Assembly (NCBI GenBank): GCA_036265385.1
Contig: DATAPD010000046.1
Span: 27,059-91,058, forward strand
Direction: 5' to 3'
DNA length: 64,000 bases
From: Terriglobales bacterium
Lineage (GTDB): Bacteria; Acidobacteriota; Terriglobia; Terriglobales; Acidobacteriaceae
The number at the start of each line of letters is the position of its first letter. Within the stretch, counting starts at the first letter, position 1. Position numbers and translations under genes: made by a program. Positions 18,492-25,790 of the stretch are shown here, in pieces. Below the pieces are notes generated by a model. The model was not told the origin of the DNA and ran no database searches. It saw only the letters and a list, made by a program, of their open reading frames with translations.

Positions 18492-18525
18492 GCTCGTCTG
18501 ACCGACTAACTTATGGAGAACAAGC

Positions 18526-18882
18526 ATGAAATATATGTTGCTCGTTTACGCGGACGAAACAACCTATCCATATTCCGAGCGCCAGGAGTGCTTTGACGAA
18601 TCAACACAATTCGCACACGCACTGCAAAACAATGGACAGTACATCTCCGCAAGTCCATTGCAGCCGATCGCGACGGCGACAAGCATCCAAGTCAGAAATG
18701 GCAAACGGCTCGTGATGGACGGTCCATTCGCGGAAACCCGCGAGCAATTGGGCGGGTATTTCATGGTCGAAGCGAAGAATCTGGATGAAGCCATCGATAT
18801 CGCCGGACGAATTCCAGGAGCTCGACGGGGAACTGTTGAGATCCGGCCGGTGCTAGAAATACCCGACCTGCCCGCAGCCTAA
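18526..18882 (+). CDS. YciI/DGPF family protein
   Basis: MKYMLLVYADE...VMDGPFAETREQLGGYFMVEAKNLDEAIDIAGRIP. Confidence 0.85.
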   Translation: MKYMLLVYADETTYPYSERQECFDESTQFAHALQNNGQYISASPLQPIATATSIQVRNGKRLVMDGPFAETREQLGGYFMVEAKNLDEAIDIAGRIPGARRGTVEIRPVLEIPDLPAA

Positions 18883-19028
18883 AGCCTGGTTAATACGCTA
18901 AACAATTTGAACACCGTGGTGAATAGAACGGAGAAGAAACATTTTGGGCTCCGCGGCAAGTTGCGGAGCTTATCCAACCCGTAAGGCTGTTTAGAGTTTG
19001 AACGAAATCTTACCGAATGGAGTCGATC

Positions 19029-19439
19029 ATGAAAGGAATTACAACGTACTTGATTTTCAATGGAAACTGTGGCGAGGCTATGAAATTTTATGCGAAGTGC
19101 CTAGATGCAAAACTCGACTTGATGCGCTTCTCCGATGCGCCGATGGATTCGCCCAAAGAGGCAAAGGATCGCATTATGCATGCGCATCTACAAAGGGGAT
19201 CGAGCGCGATCATGGCGTCTGACACGATGCCCGGCATGCCACATCAGGACGGAAATAACTTTTCCATAGCGATCGGATGCGAAACTGTCCCGGAGATTGA
19301 TAAGTTATTTGCCGCTTTGAGCGAAAAAGGCAAAGTGACCATGCCACTGCAGGAAACATTCTGGGCTCCTCGTTTTGGTATGCTCACTGATCAGTTTGGG
19401 ATTAATTGGATGCTGAATCTGGAACAGCAGCAGAAGTAA
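19029..19439 (+). CDS. VOC/glyoxalase superfamily protein (PhnB-like)
   Basis: [21 protein letters not shown]...HAHL...[19 protein letters not shown] is the PhnB/3-demethylubiquinone methyltransferase-like domain pattern. Confidence 0.75.
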   Translation: MKGITTYLIFNGNCGEAMKFYAKCLDAKLDLMRFSDAPMDSPKEAKDRIMHAHLQRGSSAIMASDTMPGMPHQDGNNFSIAIGCETVPEIDKLFAALSEKGKVTMPLQETFWAPRFGMLTDQFGINWMLNLEQQQK

Positions 19440-19551
19440 GCCACTCGAGGTCATTCAGCACTCTCAGCCCGCGCCAGCGCAGTCGTCGTGGCGCAGGCCG
19501 GGCTCAGATGCTAGACAGTTCAGAACCAACCATAGATTAGGAGCACGTCGC

Positions 19552-20733
19552 ATGAGTAACGTCCGAGTCCTCGTCGGAACACGCAAGGGCGCTTTCATAC
19601 TTGAGTCCGATGGCAAACGTGAAAAATGGTCGGTGTCGGGGCCGCATTTTGCCGGGTGGGAGATCTATCACCTGAAGGGGTCTCCCGTTGACCCCAATCA
19701 AATTTATTGCTCGCAGACTAGCGGATGGTTCGGACAGCTGATTCAGCGTTCGGATGATGGTGGGAAAACGTGGCATCAGCCGGGAACGCCGCCAGGCGAG
19801 ACAACGACGCCGGATGGTTCGCCGAAAGGCGAGAGCAACAAATTTGTCTACGATACCTCAGCCGAAACTGGCAAGCCGCTCACCACGCATCAGTTCTACG
19901 ACGGAACGCAGCATCCCTGGGAGTTCAAACGTGTCTGGCATCTCGAACCTTCTCTGAATGATTCGGAGACGGTGTATGCCGGAGTTGAGGATGCAGCCAT
20001 TTTCAAGTCAACGGATGGTGGAAAGAATTGGAAGGAGATGTCTGGTCTTCGCGGGCACGGGACGGGACCGCAGTGGCAACCGGGTGCGGGTGGCATGTGT
20101 CTGCACACTCTGATTCTTGATCCCTCAAATCCGGGACGAATTTACATCGCCATATCGGCGGCCGGCGCGTTTCGCACGGATGACGGTGGCAAAACGTGGA
20201 AGCCGATCAATAAAGGTCTCAACTCGCGATACATCCCGAATCCCACTGCGGAAGTTGGACACTGTGTGCACCACGTCGCGATGAACCCGAAGCGGCCCGG
20301 CGTGCTCTTCATGCAAAAACACTGGGACGTGATGCGCTCCGATGATGCTGGCGAAAACTGGCGGGAGATCAGCGGGAATTTGCCGACTGATTTCGGCTTC
20401 GTGATCGATGTTCATTCGCACGAGCCGGAAACCGTGTACGTCATCCCGATCAAAAGTGATGGCGAGCACTACGTGCACGAAGGCAAGCTCCGCGTGTATC
20501 GCAGCCGTAGTGGTGGAAATGAATGGGAAGCTCTCACGAAGGGCCTGCCGCAGAGCAACTGTTACGTGAATGTCTTGCGAGACGCCATGGCTGTCGACAC
20601 GCTCGACAAGTGCGGCATCTACTTCGGCACCACGGGTGGACAGGTGTATGTGTCGAACGATGCCGGAGACAATTGGCAAGCCATCGTGCATGATTTGCCG
20701 GCGGTACTGTCAGTGGAAGTGCAGACGCTATGA
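19552..20733 (+). CDS. BNR/Asp-box repeat beta-propeller protein (sialidase-like fold)
   Basis: Six SxDxGxxW boxes: [48 protein letters not shown]. Confidence 0.75.
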   Translation: MSNVRVLVGTRKGAFILESDGKREKWSVSGPHFAGWEIYHLKGSPVDPNQIYCSQTSGWFGQLIQRSDDGGKTWHQPGTPPGETTTPDGSPKGESNKFVYDTSAETGKPLTTHQFYDGTQHPWEFKRVWHLEPSLNDSETVYAGVEDAAIFKSTDGGKNWKEMSGLRGHGTGPQWQPGAGGMCLHTLILDPSNPGRIYIAISAAGAFRTDDGGKTWKPINKGLNSRYIPNPTAEVGHCVHHVAMNPKRPGVLFMQKHWDVMRSDDAGENWREISGNLPTDFGFVIDVHSHEPETVYVIPIKSDGEHYVHEGKLRVYRSRSGGNEWEALTKGLPQSNCYVNVLRDAMAVDTLDKCGIYFGTTGGQVYVSNDAGDNWQAIVHDLPAVLSVEVQTL

Positions 20734-21038
20734 ACTCCTACGCAATTCGGATCTTCCTGCCACAGCATCTCCGCACGCTCGCTCAGGTTGGTGCGGAGGT
20801 GCAGCTGGAAGTCAAACCGCCGATCACCATCCGCGCTGTTCTTGATGCGGTGGAAGAAAAGTATCCGATGTTGCGGGGCACCATTCGCGACCACAACACG
20901 AAAGAGCGTCGGGCATTTTTGCGCTTTTTCGCATGTGACGAGGACCTTTCGCATGTGTCAACTGAGACTGCGCTTCCGGAGCCTGTTGTGCAAGGTAAAG
21001 AACCTTTTCTGATCATTGGGGCCATCGCCGGCGGATAG
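20730..21038 (+). CDS. MoaD/ThiS-family ubiquitin-like beta-grasp protein ending in Gly-Gly
   Basis: 102 aa, C-terminus ...IIGAIAGG*. The ATG overlaps the upstream TGA (ATGA), which suggests translational coupling. Confidence 0.7.
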   Translation: MNSYAIRIFLPQHLRTLAQVGAEVQLEVKPPITIRAVLDAVEEKYPMLRGTIRDHNTKERRAFLRFFACDEDLSHVSTETALPEPVVQGKEPFLIIGAIAGG

Positions 21039-21156
21039 CGTCGATGTCTCACAGTGGAAGAGCTCTTAGCAAACTCTCGTCTCCGCCGCGCTCCATAAAA
21101 CTTCAGACAACCTACGTAAAGGCTGCTCTAGACTTGAATGAGCAGCGGCGATTTCC

Positions 21157-21582
21157 ATGGCTCAGACTGAATTTAGTGTGTCGATCGAAATCATAGCGGC
21201 TCCGGAACGAGTCTGGTCCGTGATGAGTGATGTGGTGCAGTGGCCGGACTGGACTCCCTCAGTCACAAGCGTCGAACGCCTGGACAGTGGTCCCCTTCGA
21301 GTCGGCAGCCGTGCGCGAATCAAGCAGCCCAAATTGATGCCCGCTGTGTGGGAAGTGGTCGCACTGGAAGAAGGGAAGAGTTTTATGTGGGTGACGAAGA
21401 GTCCTGGCGTGCAGGTTAGCGGATTTCACTCGGTCGAGCCGAACGGAAGTAGCAGGCGCGCTACTCTTTCAATCGAATTCTCTGGAATGTTGGGCCCGCT
21501 AGTGGCGTGGATTACGCGCAATCTGAATGAGCGCTACCTTAACTTCGAAGCGAACGGGCTGAAACAGCGCTGCGAAGAATGA
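21157..21582 (+). CDS. SRPBCC (START/polyketide cyclase-like) family protein
   Basis: …IEIIAAPERVWSVMSDVVQWPDWTPSV… is a typical SRPBCC N-terminus. Confidence 0.7.
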   Translation: MAQTEFSVSIEIIAAPERVWSVMSDVVQWPDWTPSVTSVERLDSGPLRVGSRARIKQPKLMPAVWEVVALEEGKSFMWVTKSPGVQVSGFHSVEPNGSSRRATLSIEFSGMLGPLVAWITRNLNERYLNFEANGLKQRCEE

Positions 21583-21592
21583 ATGCGTTGCG

Positions 21593-22465
21593 TCAGGCCG
21601 CTTTTGCGATTCTCTGAATTAAGTCTTCCTGTTCTGTTTTGCTCTCAGCGCCAATCGTAAACGCATCGAGCACGCCGAGCGATAACGCATACCGAATGGC
21701 TTCGTCCTGACGATTCTTCAGATCGCCTTGTCCGAGAATTTTCATTCCGATTACTGCTTTTCCGCTGGCTTTCATCTCCCGCAAAACGCTAACGACGGTA
21801 GGTGGATCTGCGTCCATGTGCGAGCCGATTGGATTGATCCTGGCCAAATCCACTTCGACCCAGGAAGACTTCGCCGCAGCACGCAATGCCTGGATGGTGT
21901 GGCAGGAACAACCATGAGCCCGAATGGTTCCTTTCTCCTTGGCTTCCGAGAAAACATCCATCACGCCGCGAAAGCGTTCGGTCCAATCGCCTTCGCTTAA
22001 ACAATGCATTAAACAAATGTCTATGTAATCGATGCCCAATTCGCGGCGAAAGCGGTCGAGGTCGGCACGTGCGGTCTTGGCGTCCCTGGCCCAAGTCTTG
22101 GTGAGTACGACAACTTTGTCTCGAGGGATATGCTTAAGCGCCTCAGCGACGTGTGGATGACTGCCGTAGGCATCGGCTGCGTCAAAGAAACGGAGACCAT
22201 GGTCGTAGCCGTTGAGAAGTAAGCCCGAAAGTCCTTTCAAGCCAAGCTGCGTCTGATTCGATCGACCGCCGAAACCAACGGTGCCAGTGCCCATCGCGAG
22301 ACGGCTTGTCTGGATCCCGGTTTTTCCGAGCGTCACTGTATCGGTTGCTTGGAATTTATGTGGGAGGCTGGGGAGAGCCCAAATGGCTTCGGAGAGAGTG
22401 CGGCCGCCCAGCCACGCAGCTCCCATGCTCACGGCTGTCTTGCGAATGAAGTCTCGGCGCTTCAT
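21593..22465 (-). CDS. Aldo/keto reductase with a twin-arginine (Tat) signal
   Basis: Start at MKRRDFIRKTAVSMGAAWLGG with GGAGG upstream. The AKR core includes …FFDAADAYGSH… and …IDYIDICLMHC…. Confidence 0.85.
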   Translation of the reverse strand: MKRRDFIRKTAVSMGAAWLGGRTLSEAIWALPSLPHKFQATDTVTLGKTGIQTSRLAMGTGTVGFGGRSNQTQLGLKGLSGLLLNGYDHGLRFFDAADAYGSHPHVAEALKHIPRDKVVVLTKTWARDAKTARADLDRFRRELGIDYIDICLMHCLSEGDWTERFRGVMDVFSEAKEKGTIRAHGCSCHTIQALRAAAKSSWVEVDLARINPIGSHMDADPPTVVSVLREMKASGKAVIGMKILGQGDLKNRQDEAIRYALSLGVLDAFTIGAESKTEQEDLIQRIAKAA

Positions 22466-22648
22466 GGTGCCTCCACCGACGAATGGCTCCAATAAGCTAT
22501 TGGACTAAAGGATAGACGAATGTGATGCTGATTCGTTGCAGGCGGGATGTTTTGGAGATGATTTAGTTGAAACAGGCAGGCGGCTTTGGCCGGTGCCAGC
22601 CGAATGTGATCAGGCTAAAATCGCCAGAAGTGCACAGGGAGTGAATCG

Positions 22649-23314
22649 TTGACCGATATCCAGCTGAACCCGACCGAGATTCGCGTTCTCGGCGCGCTCG
22701 TCGAAAAGGACATCACGACGCCAGATTACTATCCACTTTCGTTGAATGCGCTGGTAAACGCATGCAATCAGAAGAATAACCGGGATCCAGTGTTGTCTCT
22801 CGATGAAAACTCAGTGCGGGATGCGCTGGCTGGTTTGCAGGAGATGCGACTCGCTGGGCCAGCCGGCGGAGCTGACAGCCGGGTCACGAAATACGAGCAC
22901 CGATTACAGGAAGTGTTCAACTTCACCCGCGGGGAAACAGCGATCTTGTGTGTTCTGCTTTTGCGCGGACCCCAGACTCCCGGCGAATTGCGCGGACGTA
23001 CAGAGCGCATGCACCGATTCGAGACACTCGATGACGTGCTGAGCTCATTGCAAAAGCTGATGGATCGGCAGCCGCCGCTCGCACGCGTGCTGCCGCGTCA
23101 GCCGGGCACCAAGGAATCACGCTATGCGCAGTTGCTAGGAGGGAATCAGGAAGCTTGGGATAGCGTGGCGAGCCCCTCAGCCGAGGATGCGCCGAAGTTT
23201 TCATCCGGAAAAAGCGAACAGATGACGAGACTCGAGCAGGAAGTGGCGGAATTGCGAGCTGAGCTGGCGAGTTTGCGCGAAGAAGTGGCGGAGTTCAAAA
23301 AGAGATTCGAGTGA
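22649..23314 (+). CDS. yceH: YceH (DUF480) family protein
   Basis: Close colinearity with E. coli YceH as I recall it: LNPTEIRVLGALVEKDITTPDYYPLSLNALVNACNQKNNRDPV, RVTKYEHR, LLLRGPQTPGELR, and a C-terminal coiled coil. The start codon is TTG. Confidence 0.85.
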   Translation: MTDIQLNPTEIRVLGALVEKDITTPDYYPLSLNALVNACNQKNNRDPVLSLDENSVRDALAGLQEMRLAGPAGGADSRVTKYEHRLQEVFNFTRGETAILCVLLLRGPQTPGELRGRTERMHRFETLDDVLSSLQKLMDRQPPLARVLPRQPGTKESRYAQLLGGNQEAWDSVASPSAEDAPKFSSGKSEQMTRLEQEVAELRAELASLREEVAEFKKRFE

Positions 23315-23343
23315 ATCTTGCGGCTGCGGCGAAGCTCGGGTTT

Positions 23344-24261
23344 TCAGGCGGCTTTCATCTCATCTTCCAAGGTGCGTTTCTTTGCTTCGAACTCTCTTGC
23401 TTTCCTGTCTTCGTTCTCGATTACCCAATTCACTTCCGCACCAATCAAAAAGGCGTATCCCGTGTTGTAAAGCCACAACATTAGGATTACGACGGCTCCG
23501 ACCGAGCCGTATGTCGCGCTGTAACTATTGAAGAAGTGGAGGTAGATGCGGAAGGCGACGGATGCAAGTAGCCAGAGCAAGACGCCGGCCGCACTTCCTG
23601 GAGTGACCCAATACCATTTTCTTTCTTTCAGCGAAGGTCCAAAGTAATACACGATCGAGAAAGCCAGGAACATGGCGCCGAACGTAATCGGCCACTGCAG
23701 AATCTTCCAAACGACACGAAAGACGCTACCGGCGCCGATGTAGTTGAAGACAACTTCGCCGATTTTGCCTCCGTACAATGCGAGCACCAGCGCGAAGATG
23801 ATGAGAGCTGAAAGTGCCAAAGTTAGGCTGATGATGGTTACTTTTTGCTTCCACCACGGTCGACCTTCGTTGATTTCGTAAATTTTATTTAGAGAAACAA
23901 TGACTGCGCTCATGCCTCCGGAGGCCGCCCATAATGCTCCCAGGATTCCCGCAGCAAGCTTCACACCGCTGCTGGCTCGGAATGTTTGTTCGACGACGTT
24001 GCGAACCAGGTCAGCGGCTGAACCCGGTGCGAGGCGTCCCAGGGCAGCCATGATTCTGAACTGAAGCACAGAGTGTGGACCAGCGATCACGCCAATCAGG
24101 GACAAAAGGAAAAGAATGAGGGGGAACAGCGCAAGCAGAAAATAATAGGAGAGCGAGGCGGAACGGGTTGGCAGTTCATCTTCGCGATGTTTTTGCGCGG
24201 CGAGGCGGATAAGCGCGAGCGGAGTGAGCTGCCCGAATTTCCATAGAGATGTCATCGCCAC
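23344..24261 (-). CDS. YihY/BrkB (virulence factor BrkB) family membrane protein
   Basis: …SASLSYYFLLALFPLILFLLSL… and six TM segments. The ATG at 24255 is an alternative to the GTG at 24261. Confidence 0.8.
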   Translation of the reverse strand: MAMTSLWKFGQLTPLALIRLAAQKHREDELPTRSASLSYYFLLALFPLILFLLSLIGVIAGPHSVLQFRIMAALGRLAPGSAADLVRNVVEQTFRASSGVKLAAGILGALWAASGGMSAVIVSLNKIYEINEGRPWWKQKVTIISLTLALSALIIFALVLALYGGKIGEVVFNYIGAGSVFRVVWKILQWPITFGAMFLAFSIVYYFGPSLKERKWYWVTPGSAAGVLLWLLASVAFRIYLHFFNSYSATYGSVGAVVILMLWLYNTGYAFLIGAEVNWVIENEDRKAREFEAKKRTLEDEMKAA

Positions 24262-24675
24262 TCAAGCGGCTCTTCTTCGTTTCCTGCGGACCTGTGGGGT
24301 ATCGGTTAATTCAGCAACCGCGGTTGTCACCGCTCCGTGAGCCAGGAAGAAGTTCTTTTCCCGTCCATCGAACGCGAGGAACTCTGGCAGCATCGCAGTC
24401 ATTGCCCCAAGTCCGACATCGATATCCCGATGCGCTTCCAACGTTATAGTTTTCATTCCGTCGCCGTCGTAGTCAGTGAGAAGACTAAGAGCAAGCTGCG
24501 TTCCGCCGCCTACCAGCGCTGCCAAAGAAGCGCGTTGATTGCGACGCCAGAAGAATGCTGCTGAAAGCAGAGATGCGGCGACGGACAGATAATCGATGGT
24601 CGCGTGCGCTTGCGGCGAAATTCTCCGAGGCAGAGGCTTGACTGCCATTTTGACTGCATTGTTCAGCATAGGCAT
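24262..24675 (-). CDS. Hypothetical membrane protein
   Basis: 137 aa with two to three hydrophobic segments and a basic tail (RRKRRRAA). I recognise no family. Confidence 0.4.
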   Translation of the reverse strand: MPMLNNAVKMAVKPLPRRISPQAHATIDYLSVAASLLSAAFFWRRNQRASLAALVGGGTQLALSLLTDYDGDGMKTITLEAHRDIDVGLGAMTAMLPEFLAFDGREKNFFLAHGAVTTAVAELTDTPQVRRKRRRAA

Positions 24676-24702
24676 AGAGTGCTCCGGTTTGTGTAATTGA
24701 AA

Positions 24703-24924
24703 TTAGTCGCGCGTGAAGATACCGGCGAAAGCGAACCCAGAGGCAAGCCCCAACAACCCGGCTATGCCCGCGACAATCGGAAAGTGCTCGCGGGCTTGAT
24801 TGCTGAAACTCAGTTTGTCGCGAGTCTCGTGAACTTTCTCGCGAAGATCCGAGGCTGTCTTATGAAGCTGCTTCCGCTGCTCAATCGCTTTGAGTTGGAG
24901 ATTGTCTATCTGCGGAGTGCTCAT
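24703..24924 (-). CDS. Small tail-anchored coiled-coil protein (YqjK-like position)
   Basis: Start at MSTPQ, overlapping the upstream stop (ATGA). It has an N-terminal coiled coil and a C-terminal TM (IVAGIAGLLGLASGFAFAGIF). Confidence 0.4.
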   Translation of the reverse strand: MSTPQIDNLQLKAIEQRKQLHKTASDLREKVHETRDKLSFSNQAREHFPIVAGIAGLLGLASGFAFAGIFTRD

Positions 24925-25346
24925 ATCTGCTGCCTCGCTTCGTTCTCCAGCCACGCTTTATCTTCTTTAAGCACAGCTATGGTCCTCTGCGGCACGAGGC
25001 GCGCCAGTTTGAATTCCCGTTTCGCGACGTAAAGCGCGATCGCTCCGAGAAGACCCCAGAGCACGCCGCCGCCAAGCAGTGCGAACACCCATCGATATGG
25101 AGTGTTCCCGATCAAAACAGCGGCCAAAGCTACGATAGTCGCCGTAATCAAGAGATAAGAGGTTGCTAGAAGAAGGATTCCGACAACGGCTAATGGCGCA
25201 GCCGTTTTCCAATTGGCGGTTTTCTCACGAAGTTCGCTCCTGAATAGTTCGAAGCGCGTTTCGGCGAATTCCTTTAACTCGCGCTTCATCTCGGAAGCGA
25301 TGTCCGATATAGAGCGCGCGGTGTGATTTCTGTCGACTTCATTCAT
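24921..25346 (-). CDS. Holin-X / YqjE-like (Phage_holin_3_6, former DUF1469) membrane protein
   Basis: MNEVDRNHTARSISDIASEMKRELKEFAETRFELFRSELREK followed by two TM helices. This pattern is typical of the family. Confidence 0.6.
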   Translation of the reverse strand: MNEVDRNHTARSISDIASEMKRELKEFAETRFELFRSELREKTANWKTAAPLAVVGILLLATSYLLITATIVALAAVLIGNTPYRWVFALLGGGVLWGLLGAIALYVAKREFKLARLVPQRTIAVLKEDKAWLENEARQQI

Positions 25347-25665
25347 GGTTGGATCTCCATACACGGATTAGAGCTCCAAGTACAAAAGCTGCCCCGGCAG
25401 TGATGGCCACTAACTTCATCGGATCGTCAGCCCGCATGCGTTCAAACTCATCGGACAGGCCTTCCGCCCAAAAGCGCACCTTCGCGATTCCTGATGAGAG
25501 GGAATAGCCAGCACGCTGGGCGATACTCTGGCCATCCGATGCAGAGGTTTCTATGGGAACCATTTGTAGGCTTTCCGTCACGACAACGATTTCGGGCTCC
25601 GAGGTGATTTGGCTCGGGTCGTTCACATTAGGGTCGGGATTCAACGGCTCAGCTCGTTGAGCCAT
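25339..25665 (-). CDS. DUF883 (ElaB/YqjD-like) tail-anchored protein
   Basis: Start at MAQRAEP with AAGGAG upstream. The C-terminus …RADDPMKLVAITAGAAFVLGALIRVWR resembles the ElaB/YqjD C-terminal anchor. Confidence 0.5.
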   Translation of the reverse strand: MAQRAEPLNPDPNVNDPSQITSEPEIVVVTESLQMVPIETSASDGQSIAQRAGYSLSSGIAKVRFWAEGLSDEFERMRADDPMKLVAITAGAAFVLGALIRVWRSNHE

Positions 25666-25790
25666 AGGCACGCTCCTTGACTGCTGCCTTTCTGATGAAA
25701 ACGGATCGCGCTGGGTGGGATCAAAAGGCAGAAAGATTCGTAAGCAGGTTTTCGGCAAATCGTGTTTGCCCCGGTTCTGGTAAATCTGGG

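Noticed and set aside
17252-18529. 425-aa plus-strand ORF, the second-longest 'gene' in this region
   Set aside because: It lies exactly antisense to the ECF sigma factor gene. Its translation is Arg/Ser/Gly-rich and motif-free. The minus-strand frame shows clear sigma regions 2 and 4. It is a shadow ORF.
24259-24264. In-frame TGA directly followed by GTG between the 137-aa membrane ORF and the YihY gene (possible third Sec site or fusion)
   Set aside because: The YihY family N-terminus begins naturally at MTSLWKFG. The sequence before the TGA is a basic tail (RRKRRRAA) with no redox motif. I found no hairpin at the SECIS position. It is an ordinary stop/start juxtaposition.
8789-25346. Two 'phage holin' family genes as evidence of prophage remnants
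   Set aside because: There are no capsid, tail, integrase, lysin or att-like features nearby. Both belong to widespread small membrane protein families (YvlD-like, YqjE-like) in chromosomal stress-type contexts.
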